This document shows, piece by piece, positions 30,512 to 40,350 of a stretch of DNA of 64,000 nt (the first letter of the stretch is position 1; each line of letters starts with the position of its first letter). This DNA is from Gemmiger formicilis (GTDB taxonomy: Bacteria > Bacillota_I > Bacilli_A > RFN20 > CAG-826). The notes beneath the pieces were generated by a model, which saw only the letters and a program-made list of their open reading frames with translations, ran no database searches and was not told the origin of the DNA. Made by a program: the position numbers and the translations under genes. The stretch is from positions 5,081 to 69,080 of the forward strand of contig CAVFXI010000034.1 of the NCBI GenBank assembly GCA_963626345.1, written 5' to 3'.

Positions 30512-32011
30512 ATGAAAAGACAAGCTGGTGTTTTATTACATATTAGTTCATTACCATCAAAATATGGAATTGGTACATTAGGAAAAGAAGCATATGACTT
30601 TGTGGATTTTCTATACAATTCTAATTTTCATATTTGGCAAATTTTGCCATTAACTTTAACTAGTTATGGAGATTCTCCATATCAATCACCATCAAGTAAA
30701 GCTTTAAATCCATATTTTATTGATTTAGAGTTTTTAATTTCTGATGGACTTTTAACTGTAGAAGAATGTGATTCTATCAAATGGAACGATGACGAAAAAC
30801 GCGTCAATTACGAAATTTTATTTAATAATAGATATAAAGTTCTTAAAAAAGCTTTCGATAGATTCGATAAAAATGATGAAGATTATATAAAATTTTTAAA
30901 TACAAATGAATTTTTAGATTTTGCAGTTTTTATGACTTTAAAAGAAGTTCATAATTTTAGACCATGGAATGAATGGGAAGATGAATATAAATTTTATAAT
31001 GATAATATTATTGATCTTATTAAAGAAAAATATTCATTGAGTGTTGAATTCTATGAATGGACACAATATATCTTTTTAAAACAATTTAATAATTTAAAGG
31101 ATTATGCGCATAAACATGATGTAAAAATCATGGGTGACATGCCTATTTATTTATCTTATGATTCTGTTGAAGTTTGGAAAAATCCTGAATATTTTCAACT
31201 AGATGAAAAACATAATCCAACAAGAGTTGCTGGTTGCCCTCCAGATTGTTTTAGTGAAGATGGTCAATTATGGGGTAATCCTTTATATAATTGGGATTAC
31301 ATGAAAAAAGAAAATTATAAGTGGTGGAATGATCGTATAAATTACAATTTAAGTTTGTATGATTTAGTTCGTATCGACCATTTTAGAGGATTTAGTGGAT
31401 ATTATTCAATTCCTTATGGAGATAAAACCGCTAAGAATGGCAAATGGGTTAAAGGCCCAGGTGCTGATTTATTTTTAGATAAACTAGATTATCCAATTGT
31501 TGCTGAAGATTTAGGTATGATGGATGAAGATTTTTATAAAATGATGGATGTTGTCAAATATCCAGGTATGAAAATTGTTATGCAAGGATTTGATGGTGAC
31601 CCAAAAAGTATTTGGAAACCATCGAATTATACTGAAAACTTCTTTAGTTATACAACAACACACGATAGCACAACAGCTAGACAATTTTATGATGATTTAA
31701 ATGATGAACAAAAAGAAATATTTATTAATGATTTAACTTCTGAATGTAAATTGGCAAATGTTGCTGTTCCATCAAAAAATGACGACCCAAGCGTATTTAT
31801 TAATAAAATCATTGAAATAAACTTATTCAATAAAGCTAAAGTTTCAATGTTTGCAATGCAAGATTTATTAGATATTGGTAAAGAAGGAAGAATGAATTTT
31901 CCATCAACTTTATCTACTGATAACTGGAGTTGGAGACTTACAAAAAATTATTCTTTAAAAGAAGTAGAAGATAAAATGAAAATTTTGATTAAACAATCAA
32001 ATAGAAATTAG
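30512..32011 (+). CDS. malQ: 4-alpha-glucanotransferase (amylomaltase, GH77)
   Basis: N-terminus RQAGVLLHISSLPS plus GH77 segments (VRIDHFRGF, GDMPIY, VAEDLG). The track start at 30500 is TTG; the ATG at 30512 is preferred. Confidence 0.92.
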   Translation: MKRQAGVLLHISSLPSKYGIGTLGKEAYDFVDFLYNSNFHIWQILPLTLTSYGDSPYQSPSSKALNPYFIDLEFLISDGLLTVEECDSIKWNDDEKRVNYEILFNNRYKVLKKAFDRFDKNDEDYIKFLNTNEFLDFAVFMTLKEVHNFRPWNEWEDEYKFYNDNIIDLIKEKYSLSVEFYEWTQYIFLKQFNNLKDYAHKHDVKIMGDMPIYLSYDSVEVWKNPEYFQLDEKHNPTRVAGCPPDCFSEDGQLWGNPLYNWDYMKKENYKWWNDRINYNLSLYDLVRIDHFRGFSGYYSIPYGDKTAKNGKWVKGPGADLFLDKLDYPIVAEDLGMMDEDFYKMMDVVKYPGMKIVMQGFDGDPKSIWKPSNYTENFFSYTTTHDSTTARQFYDDLNDEQKEIFINDLTSECKLANVAVPSKNDDPSVFINKIIEINLFNKAKVSMFAMQDLLDIGKEGRMNFPSTLSTDNWSWRLTKNYSLKEVEDKMKILIKQSNRN

Positions 32012-32496
32012 TATTCTGTATTTTCCACATATGAGTCATCTTTAACAAATAATGTATATATAAATAAGGATGACATATTTAAGAAAAGATAAAGACCTAT
32101 TGCAAAGAAAACCGATAGGTCTATTTTTGAAAATGTTTTTGGATATAATGGATTTATTCCTATATAAGATAAGAAAAACCATACAAATAAAAATAAGTTA
32201 AATAAACTTAATACTATTGAGGCTATAAAAACAGGCATTTTAATTTTATGTTTTTTCTTAAAGCAAATATAAGGTAAAAGTTCTGATCCTTTTTTAAACG
32301 ATCTTAAATGCCAGAAAATTTCATATCCATTTAATATAGAAAGTATTACAAAACCAGCTATATTCAATAAAAAATCAACATTGCCAGTTTTAAGAGTTTG
32401 TTGTAAAGAAAATGCATTTATTAATAAATAGATAAATAATGCAAATGTTAAAGTGTAAATAATAAGATAAATAAATCTAAAAGTTTTAATTTTCAT
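32008..32496 (-). CDS. hypothetical integral membrane protein (about 4 TM)
   Basis: 162-aa ORF with four hydrophobic segments and no recognisable family. Its stop overlaps the malQ stop by 4 nt (convergent). Confidence 0.5.
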   Translation of the reverse strand: MKIKTFRFIYLIIYTLTFALFIYLLINAFSLQQTLKTGNVDFLLNIAGFVILSILNGYEIFWHLRSFKKGSELLPYICFKKKHKIKMPVFIASIVLSLFNLFLFVWFFLSYIGINPLYPKTFSKIDLSVFFAIGLYLFLNMSSLFIYTLFVKDDSYVENTEY

Positions 32497-32749
32497 GCAA
32501 TTATTTTATATTAAATAATCTTTTGAATAAATATTTTTATATGAAAATAGTGCAATTTTAAGGTTATTAAAATCGAGTATGTGAAAATAGGAAACCAGTC
32601 AATAGGTTTTTATGAAAAAATGATAAAAAATGTAAACACTTTCATTTTTTTGTGCTGACAAATAAAAAGTCGGCATATTGCGGACTTTTTCGATTATATA
32701 TAAAAAAATGTAAGGGTTTTCAAAACTGATTTTCATAAATATTTTCATG

Positions 32750-32777
32750 TTGAAACAATATAAATTCAGCATATAGT
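32750..32777 (+). promoter_or_regulatory. sigma-70-type promoter for the small acidic ORF
   Basis: TTGAAA (32750-32755), 16-nt spacer, TATAGT (32772-32777). Confidence 0.5.
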
Positions 32778-32801
32778 TATGCATGTAAGGAGGAACGATT
32801 T

Positions 32802-32969
32802 ATGAGTTATTTTGCAAAAGAAGAAGACTTACAATACGAAGATAACAGTAGTGTTGATATTTATGCTTTAACTAATAGTCCAATTTGCAATCAAGGAATT
32901 CCTTCATATGGGATCTTGCTTATTAAAAAAGAAGACAACAGTGAAGAAGATTCAGAACTTGATTTCTAA
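32802..32969 (+). CDS. small acidic hypothetical protein (55 aa), not in ORF track
   Basis: ATG lies 8 nt after a strong SD AAGGAGG (32787-32793). Translation is MSYFAKEEDLQYEDNSSVDIYALTNSPICNQGIPSYGILLIKKEDNSEEDSELDF. It has its own promoter and terminator. Confidence 0.6.
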   Translation: MSYFAKEEDLQYEDNSSVDIYALTNSPICNQGIPSYGILLIKKEDNSEEDSELDF

Positions 32970-33000
32970 TTTTCTAAGTAAGGTTAAACTTAAATATAAT

Positions 33001-33027
33001 GACGCCGACTAATGTTGGCGTTTTTAT
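33001..33027 (+). terminator. rho-independent terminator after the small acidic ORF
   Basis: ACGCCGAC (33002-33009) pairs with GTTGGCGT (33014-33021) with one G-U pair, followed by T5. Confidence 0.75.
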
Positions 33028-33108
33028 TTACCTATTGACAAGGGTGTTATAATTTAAAAGAAAGAAGAGGAAGGAAAATATATCGATTCTATGGTATAAT
33101 TTTCATTG

Positions 33109-33933
33109 ATGAAATTATTATATAACATGCATACACATACATATCGTTGCGGACATGCAACTGGAACAGATGAAGAATACGTAAAAAACGCTGTTAAAGC
33201 AGGTTTTAAGGTTTTAGGATTTTCAGATCACGCTTTTTTTCCTAATGTAGTTCATAAAGGGATGAGAGGAAATTACGAAGAACTTGATGAATATATTTCT
33301 AGTGTTTTAAAATTAAAAAAGAAATATCGTAAAAAGATTGATATCAAGCTTGGTTTTGAAATTGAATATCAAGAAAATTATTATGGATTTTATAGATATT
33401 TGCTTCAAGAAAAAGGTTTTGATTTTTTGATTTTAGGACAACATGTAACGTATTCAATGGATGGTAAACCAAATTTTTATTTTAATGGAAAAGATGATAT
33501 TGAAGGAATTAGAAGATATAAAGATGATTTAATCAAAGGAATGGAAACAGGATTATTTTTATATGTTTGTCATCCTGATTTATTTATGTCACATGTTACA
33601 AAAATCACTCCTGAAATTGAAAGTGTCTGCGATGAAATTTGTAAGGCCAGTGCGAGACTTAATGTACCTTTAGAAATTAATCTTGGTGGACTTAGATTTA
33701 ATAATTTGCTTGCAGAAATTAAAGGAACACAACCTTATCCTAATTATTATTTTTGGCAATTTGCTAAGAAAAATAATTGCAAATGTGTAATTGGAATTGA
33801 TGCTCATAATCCAAAAGAATTATTAGATGAAGAAAAAATCAATTTTGCTTACAAATTTATTGAAAGAAATGGTCTTCAATTAGAAGATGATTTGAAAATG
33901 ATAAACCTAAATTATACGGATGGTGGGAAATAA
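33109..33933 (+). CDS. PHP-domain phosphoesterase (HisJ-family histidinol-phosphatase-like)
   Basis: N-terminal HTHTYRCGHA metal-binding motif plus further His/Asp motifs (FSDHAF, CHPD, GIDAH). The track start at 33106 is TTG; the ATG is at 33109. Confidence 0.8.
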   Translation: MKLLYNMHTHTYRCGHATGTDEEYVKNAVKAGFKVLGFSDHAFFPNVVHKGMRGNYEELDEYISSVLKLKKKYRKKIDIKLGFEIEYQENYYGFYRYLLQEKGFDFLILGQHVTYSMDGKPNFYFNGKDDIEGIRRYKDDLIKGMETGLFLYVCHPDLFMSHVTKITPEIESVCDEICKASARLNVPLEINLGGLRFNNLLAEIKGTQPYPNYYFWQFAKKNNCKCVIGIDAHNPKELLDEEKINFAYKFIERNGLQLEDDLKMINLNYTDGGK

Positions 33934-33955
33934 AATCCCATCATCCCATTTTTTT
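33919..33955 (+). terminator. rho-independent terminator after the PHP gene
   Basis: GATGGTGGGA (33919-33928) pairs with TCCCATCATC (33936-33945) with one G-U pair, then CCA plus T7. The stem overlaps the stop codon. Confidence 0.7.
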
Positions 33956-34061
33956 ATGAAAATTTTCTGTAAGAAATTTTTAAGATATAAAAAAAGTCAA
34001 TTTCTATCTTAAAATAGAAATACTATTTTAGTAAAATATATTTAGATTTGAGGTAATACTT

Positions 34062-35981
34062 ATGGCATATGGAATTTTAGCTGAATATTTATCTGGCCAA
34101 ACTATTGAAGCATATTCATATTTTGGAGCTCATTTTACTAAGGAAAATCAAGAAGTGGAGATTGAAATTCCACTTAAGAAAGATCCTAGTAAAACTAAAA
34201 AAACTACAACAATAAAACTTGTTAATGGAGTTATGTTTAGACTTTATGCTCCTATGGCAAGTGATGTTTCAGTAATTGGCGATTTTAATAACTGGGATCC
34301 AACAATTCATAAAATGAAAAAGATTGATGATGCTGGAGTTTTTGAAATTTTTATCCCTGGTTTACACAATTATGCATTTTATAAATACCATTTTAAAAAT
34401 GCTAATGGTGAATATGTTGATAAAGCAGATCCTTTCGCATTTTTTAGCGAATATAGACCTGGCAGTTGTTCAAGACTTTTTAATATTGAAGGTTTTATGT
34501 GGCATGATAAACCATATTTAAATAGTAGAGATCGTAATTTTGATAAACCAATGTCAATTTATGAAATGCATTTAGGAAGTTGGAAAGGCAAAGTTGATGG
34601 AAGATATCTTTCATACGAAGAAATTGCTGATTATTTAATTCCTTATTTAAAAGGACTTGGATATACACATATCGAAATTATGCCAATCACTCAATATCCT
34701 TTTGAAGGAAGTTGGGGTTATCAAGCAACTGGATTTTATAGTGTAGATTCTACTTACGGAAATCCAATGCAACTTATGAGTTTTGTTGATAGAATGCATC
34801 AAGCTGGAATCGGTGTTATTTTAGATTTTGCACCAGTTCATTTTGCAGTTGATTCATGGTCACTTTCTCATTTTGATGGAACTCCTCAATATGAATACAA
34901 TAATGAACATATGTATTCTCCATGGGGAAGTCTTCAATTTGATCTTGGAAAAGATCCAGTTAGAAGTTTCTTAATGTCTGCTATGGATTACTTCTTAACC
35001 TATTTCCATTTTGATGGAATTAGAGTCGATGCAGTCAGTAATATTATCTATTGGGAAGGCAACAAAGATAGAGGCGAAAATACTGGTGGTACAGAATTTA
35101 TCCGTAGACTTAATGGAAAAATTCATTATAAACATCCAAGTGTTATGATGATTGCTGAAGATAGTACTGATTTTAATGGAACTACTAGACCTTTAGAATA
35201 TGGTGGACTTGGTTTTGATTATAAATGGGATTTAGGTTGGATGAATGATACTTTAAAATATTATTCTAAAGATCCTGTCTATAAAAAATGGGAACATAAT
35301 AAAATTACATTTTCAATGATGTATTTTTATTCAGAAAATTTCTTATTACCTTTAAGCCATGATGAAGTTGTTCATGGAAAAGGAACTATCATTAATAAGA
35401 TGTATGGTGATTACGATACTAAATTTGCTTTAATTCGTAATTTATATACATATCAATTTGCTCATCCAGGTAAAAAACTTAACTTTATGGGTAATGAACT
35501 TGGAAGTTTTGATGAATGGAACGAAACAAAATCTCTTCCTTGGGAACTTAAAAGATTCCCTAAACACGATAGTGTTTCACGTATGATTAGAGATTTGAAT
35601 TTAATTTATGCTCACGAAGAAGCTATGCATAAAGAAGAATACAACCCAGTTCATTTTAATTGGTTGATGGTTAATAATGCTAATGATTCGATCTTTGCCT
35701 TTGAACGTAGAGTCGAAGATAGTCACCTTGTATTTATCTTTAATATGACTCCAAATTATTACGAATCTTATGATGTTGGCGTTACTAGAGAAGGAACTTA
35801 TGAAGAAATTTTCAATAGTGATAAAGATGTTTATGGTGGAAGTAATGCCTATAATGGCCTTCCATTAATGTCATATTATTATGGACCAGAAGAAAAACCA
35901 CATAAGTTATGTGTGAAAATTGCGCCATATGCTGCAATGATTTTCAAATATGCACATAAAAATGGGGAAGAAAATAAATAA
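34062..35981 (+). CDS. glgB: 1,4-alpha-glucan branching enzyme
   Basis: 639 aa. GH13_9-like regions: DFAPVHF, GIRVDAVS, MIAEDST, LSHDEVVHGKG. Confidence 0.95.
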   Translation: MAYGILAEYLSGQTIEAYSYFGAHFTKENQEVEIEIPLKKDPSKTKKTTTIKLVNGVMFRLYAPMASDVSVIGDFNNWDPTIHKMKKIDDAGVFEIFIPGLHNYAFYKYHFKNANGEYVDKADPFAFFSEYRPGSCSRLFNIEGFMWHDKPYLNSRDRNFDKPMSIYEMHLGSWKGKVDGRYLSYEEIADYLIPYLKGLGYTHIEIMPITQYPFEGSWGYQATGFYSVDSTYGNPMQLMSFVDRMHQAGIGVILDFAPVHFAVDSWSLSHFDGTPQYEYNNEHMYSPWGSLQFDLGKDPVRSFLMSAMDYFLTYFHFDGIRVDAVSNIIYWEGNKDRGENTGGTEFIRRLNGKIHYKHPSVMMIAEDSTDFNGTTRPLEYGGLGFDYKWDLGWMNDTLKYYSKDPVYKKWEHNKITFSMMYFYSENFLLPLSHDEVVHGKGTIINKMYGDYDTKFALIRNLYTYQFAHPGKKLNFMGNELGSFDEWNETKSLPWELKRFPKHDSVSRMIRDLNLIYAHEEAMHKEEYNPVHFNWLMVNNANDSIFAFERRVEDSHLVFIFNMTPNYYESYDVGVTREGTYEEIFNSDKDVYGGSNAYNGLPLMSYYYGPEEKPHKLCVKIAPYAAMIFKYAHKNGEENK

Positions 35982-36012
35982 TAAATAAAACAAAAAATTG
36001 AAAGGAAATTTT

Positions 36013-38460
36013 ATGTTTAGAAATAAAGAAGAATTTAAAAAAGAATTTGTTGAACGTTTAAGTTCAAAATATGGTAAAACTCCTGATGAAGCTCATATTT
36101 TAGAACAATATGATATTTTAGGAGAATGTGTTAGAGATTATGCTGGAACAGATTGGCGTAATTCTAGAGAATATGTATTAAAAAATGATGAAAAGCAACT
36201 TATCTATTTTTCAATGGAATTCTTAATTGGAAGACTTATGACTTCTAATTTAATGAACTTAGGTATTTATGATGTTTGTAGAGATGGCTTAAGTGAAATT
36301 GGTATTGATATTGGTGCTTTAGAGGATGTTGAAGCTGATGCTGGTTTAGGAAATGGTGGACTTGGTCGTCTTGCTGCATGTTTCTTAGATTCCATCGCAT
36401 CTTTAGGGTATGTTGGTCATGGAAATTGTATCCGTTATGAATATGGTTTCTTTAAGCAAAAAATTGTTAATGAAAAACAAGTTGAAACTCCAGATCAATG
36501 GTTAACTAATGGTTATGTTTGGGAAGTTAGAAAGCCAAAACATGCCGTTGAAGTTTCGTTTTACGGAAATGCTGAAACTTATTTAAAACCTAATGGTGGA
36601 TATGGAATTCGTACAGTTGGTGCAACTAAAGTTTTAGCCATGCCATATGATGTTTCAATTGTTGGTTATAGAAATAATCTTGCTAACTCTTTACGTTTAT
36701 GGAGTGCTCAACCAAGTGAAGCAAATCTTCCAGAAGGTGTATCTTTTGAAGATTACTTAACAACATTAAAAGAATTAAGCCATGGTCTTTATCCAGATGA
36801 TTCAACCGAACATGGAAAACTTTTAAGATTACGTCAACAATATTTCTTTGTTAGCGCAGGTCTTCAATCATTAATGAGAGGATTCTTAAGAAGACATGGA
36901 AGTTTAGATGATTTCTATAAAAAGACTGTTTTCCAACTTAATGATACTCATCCAATTTTAGCTATTCCAGAAATGATGAGACTTTTAATGGATGAATATG
37001 GTTATGGTTGGGATGAAGCTTGGGAACAAGTTACGCATTGTTTTGCTTATACTAACCATACAATTATGCCTGAAGCTTTAGAAAAATGGCCAATTCAATA
37101 TATTCAAAGACTAGTTCCACGTTGTTATATGATTATTGAAGAAATTCAACGTAGAATGCTTATTTGGATGAGCAAAAATAACGTTACAGAAGAAGAAAAA
37201 CTTAACATGTTAATCATTAAAGATGGGTTTGTTAGAATGACAAATCTTGCGATCTATTGCGCATATTCTGTTAATGGTGTTGCTGCTATTCATACTGATA
37301 TTTTAAAGAAAGTTACCTTTAAAGAATTCTTTAAATATTTCCCAGAAAAGTTCCATAATGAAACAAATGGTGTCACTCATAGAAGATGGCTTATGTATTC
37401 AAATGCTGAATTAAGTAATTTAATAACAAGCAAAATTGGTGAAAAATGGATTAAAGATCCTGAAAATGGTCTTGAAGAACTTTTAAAATATCAAGATGAT
37501 GAAAGTGTTTTAAAGAGTTTAGAAACCATTAAGTATAACAATAAAGTTAAATTAGCTAAATTTATATTAGATAACTATGGTATTGAAGTTGATCCAAATT
37601 CAATTTTTGATGTTCAAATCAAGAGATTACATGCTTATAAACGTCAATTAATGAATGTTTTTAAGATTATGATTTTATATCATAGGATTAAGACTGATCC
37701 AAATTTCAAGATGTATCCACATACTTATATCTTTGGTGCAAAAGCTGCTCCAAGTTATGTTTTTGCAAAAGAAATTATTGAATTAATTAATGCTGTTGCA
37801 AATGTTGTTAATAATGATCCAGAAGTTAATAAATATATTAAAGTTGTATTTATGACAAATTATGGCGTTACACTCGCTGAAAAAATCATTCCTGCAACTG
37901 ATATTAGTGAACAAATTTCTACTGCTGGAAAAGAAGCAAGTGGTACAAGCAATATGAAATTTATGATGAATGGTGCTTTAACTTTAGGAACTTTAGATGG
38001 TGCAAATGTTGAAATCTTAGAAAAAGTTGGAGATGAAAATGCATTTATCTTTGGTTTAAAAGTCGAAGATATCGAAAAGATTCATAACGAAGGTGGTTAT
38101 AATTGCTGGGATGAATACAATAAAAATCCAGAATTAAGATGGGTTCTTGATTCGTTGTTTAATGGTCCATGGTGCGAAAATATTCCTGAAAGATTTAAAG
38201 GAATCTTTAATGAACTTATGAATAGAAATGATGAATATTTCATCTTTAAAGATTTACCAGCTTACTTAGAAGCTTGTAGTAAAATTGAAAATTACTACAA
38301 AGACAAGAAAAATTGGTTTAAATCTACTTTAATTAATATCGCTAAATCTGGATATTTCTCAAGTGATAGAACAATTGAATCATATAATAAGGATATATGG
38401 CATTTAGAAAAGATTGATCAAAAGAGATTATTTCAACAAATGAAGAAGACTGTTTTATAA
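36013..38460 (+). CDS. glgP: glycogen/maltodextrin phosphorylase
   Basis: GT35 protein with PLP-lysine signature EASGTSNMKFMMNG. The ATG at 36013 follows AAAGGA; the track start at 35998 is TTG. Confidence 0.95.
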   Translation: MFRNKEEFKKEFVERLSSKYGKTPDEAHILEQYDILGECVRDYAGTDWRNSREYVLKNDEKQLIYFSMEFLIGRLMTSNLMNLGIYDVCRDGLSEIGIDIGALEDVEADAGLGNGGLGRLAACFLDSIASLGYVGHGNCIRYEYGFFKQKIVNEKQVETPDQWLTNGYVWEVRKPKHAVEVSFYGNAETYLKPNGGYGIRTVGATKVLAMPYDVSIVGYRNNLANSLRLWSAQPSEANLPEGVSFEDYLTTLKELSHGLYPDDSTEHGKLLRLRQQYFFVSAGLQSLMRGFLRRHGSLDDFYKKTVFQLNDTHPILAIPEMMRLLMDEYGYGWDEAWEQVTHCFAYTNHTIMPEALEKWPIQYIQRLVPRCYMIIEEIQRRMLIWMSKNNVTEEEKLNMLIIKDGFVRMTNLAIYCAYSVNGVAAIHTDILKKVTFKEFFKYFPEKFHNETNGVTHRRWLMYSNAELSNLITSKIGEKWIKDPENGLEELLKYQDDESVLKSLETIKYNNKVKLAKFILDNYGIEVDPNSIFDVQIKRLHAYKRQLMNVFKIMILYHRIKTDPNFKMYPHTYIFGAKAAPSYVFAKEIIELINAVANVVNNDPEVNKYIKVVFMTNYGVTLAEKIIPATDISEQISTAGKEASGTSNMKFMMNGALTLGTLDGANVEILEKVGDENAFIFGLKVEDIEKIHNEGGYNCWDEYNKNPELRWVLDSLFNGPWCENIPERFKGIFNELMNRNDEYFIFKDLPAYLEACSKIENYYKDKKNWFKSTLINIAKSGYFSSDRTIESYNKDIWHLEKIDQKRLFQQMKKTVL

Positions 38461-38494
38461 GATACAGTCGAAAATAAATCATAAATGAATAAAT

Positions 38495-38531
38495 AAAAAT
38501 CACCCACGAATTGAAACGTGGGTGATTTTTT
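38495..38531. terminator. bidirectional rho-independent terminator (glgP / ABC operon)
   Basis: A5-TCACCCACG (38499-38508) pairs with CGTGGGTGA-T6 (38517-38531) across an 8-nt loop, between convergent genes. Confidence 0.85.
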
Positions 38532-38545
38532 AATGAGTTTAGTAT

Positions 38546-40348
38546 TTATTCAAATTGACTGTTATATAGTGCTGCATATGCTCCGCCTTTTTTAAGTAGT
38601 TCTTCATGATTGCCCTGTTCAATGATATTTCCGTTTTCCATAAATAAAATGGTATCAGCATCACGAATAGTGGAGAGTCTATGAGCAATAACAAATGATG
38701 TTCTGCCCTTCATTAAAGATTCCATTGCAGTTCCAATTGCAACTTCTGTTCTAGTATCAACTGAAGAAGTTGCTTCATCTAAAATTAGAATTGGAGGATT
38801 ACAAAGAAATACTCTAGCTATTGTTAATAATTGTCTTTGACCAATTGAGATATTTGCTGCATCATTATCTAAAAGTGTTTCATATCCTTGTGGCATTGTT
38901 TTTATAAAGTGATCTATTTGAGCCATTTTAGCTGCTTGTTCGATTTCTTCTTTTGTTGCGTTTTGCTTACCATAAGCGATATTTTCAGCAATTGTTCCTT
39001 TAAATAACCAAGTATCTTGTAAAACCATACCGAAATTTTCTCTTAAATTTTTTCTAGTTAAGTTGGTTGTTGGAATTGAATCAATTGTGATTTTTCCTCC
39101 ATTAACTTCATAAAATCTCATTAATAAATTAATTAATGTGGTTTTTCCTGCACCTGTAGCTCCTACAATAGCAATCTTTTTGCCTTTTTGGGCAGTAAAA
39201 TTAATATTTTTCATTAATATTTTGTCTTTTGAATAGCCAAAACTTACATTCTCAAATGAAACGATTCCATCAGCTCTTTTTAAAACTATTGGATTTTCTA
39301 CATCCTTAATTTCTTCATTTTCATCTAAAAATTCAAATGTTCTTTCTGCCGAAGCAAAAGCTGATTGTAATGAATTAATCATGAAAGATGCTTCAGTTAA
39401 AGGTTCCGAGCAAATACCCATATATTGGAAATAAGCTTGAACTACACCAAATGACATTGTTCCCTTTATCATCCAAGAACATGATATAAGAAGTATAACC
39501 ACTTGTGATAATCTTGAAATAAGTCTGATTATAGGGTTTATAAAGTTTGTTAAAAAATCTGTTTTTCTATTTGCTTTTGCAAGATCTTCGATTGCATTAT
39601 TTAAGGCAATGACACTATTTTCTTGATTGTTATAAGCTTTGATTACATTTCTTCCTGTAAAGTGTTCTTCAGCAAGTCCTGTTAAGATTGAAACTTTTTC
39701 TTGCCTTTCCGAAGATAAAATAAGATTTTTTCTTGCTACAATTTTAGTAAGGAAAATACTAATTAAAGCAAAACCAATAAAGATTAAAGTAAGAATAGGT
39801 GAGAAATAAATCATGAATGCTAATGAACCAATAATAGAGCCAATAGCAACAATTAATCTTAATAATCCAGTTTGCAAAGTTTCAGAAACTTTATCAAGAT
39901 CGTTAGTAACTCTTGAAAGAATTTCTCCAGGTTTATTATCATCATAGAATTTAAGTGGAAGTTTATGCATTTTGTCACTTATTTGTTCTCTTAATGTTAA
40001 TGTTAGTTTTTCTGCAACACTTGACATTAAATAAGTTTGTAAATAATAAAATATAGAAGCAAGTAAATACAAAATAGTAAAGACTGTAAGCCCTTTTCCT
40101 AATGGTTCCCAAGTAATCATAAATACTGTTCCATTATTTATACAATCCATAATTGTTTGATATAAATCATTCATAACTTTAACACTATAAAATGGAGTAT
40201 AAACATAAAGTACAGTTGAAATTATGACGGAAATAAGAACTAATACTAATTTACCTTTTTGATTATTTAATTGTTTAAATAATCTTTTTGCTGTTTTTAA
40301 AGTATTTTTTGGAGCATCTTTTATGATTTTTTCTTTTTTGTTTTTCAT
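38546..40348 (-). CDS. ABC multidrug exporter subunit (canonical Walker B, degenerate signature)
   Basis: Walker A GATGAGKTT, Walker B ILILDEATS, and signature ISIGQRQ in place of LSGGQ. This is the pattern of the consensus-site half of a heterodimeric exporter. Confidence 0.9.
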   Translation of the reverse strand: MKNKKEKIIKDAPKNTLKTAKRLFKQLNNQKGKLVLVLISVIISTVLYVYTPFYSVKVMNDLYQTIMDCINNGTVFMITWEPLGKGLTVFTILYLLASIFYYLQTYLMSSVAEKLTLTLREQISDKMHKLPLKFYDDNKPGEILSRVTNDLDKVSETLQTGLLRLIVAIGSIIGSLAFMIYFSPILTLIFIGFALISIFLTKIVARKNLILSSERQEKVSILTGLAEEHFTGRNVIKAYNNQENSVIALNNAIEDLAKANRKTDFLTNFINPIIRLISRLSQVVILLISCSWMIKGTMSFGVVQAYFQYMGICSEPLTEASFMINSLQSAFASAERTFEFLDENEEIKDVENPIVLKRADGIVSFENVSFGYSKDKILMKNINFTAQKGKKIAIVGATGAGKTTLINLLMRFYEVNGGKITIDSIPTTNLTRKNLRENFGMVLQDTWLFKGTIAENIAYGKQNATKEEIEQAAKMAQIDHFIKTMPQGYETLLDNDAANISIGQRQLLTIARVFLCNPPILILDEATSSVDTRTEVAIGTAMESLMKGRTSFVIAHRLSTIRDADTILFMENGNIIEQGNHEELLKKGGAYAALYNSQFE

Positions 40349-40350
40349 AA

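Noticed and set aside
30403-30618. 71-aa minus-strand ORF overlapping the malQ start
   Set aside because: It is antisense to malQ and its promoter region, with no translation signals.
32599-32784. 61-aa minus-strand ORF in the 32.5-32.8 kb intergenic region
   Set aside because: It crosses the orphan hairpin and the promoter of the plus-strand small ORF. It has no SD, and its Phe/Tyr/Ile/Asn-rich product is typical of random AT-rich sequence.
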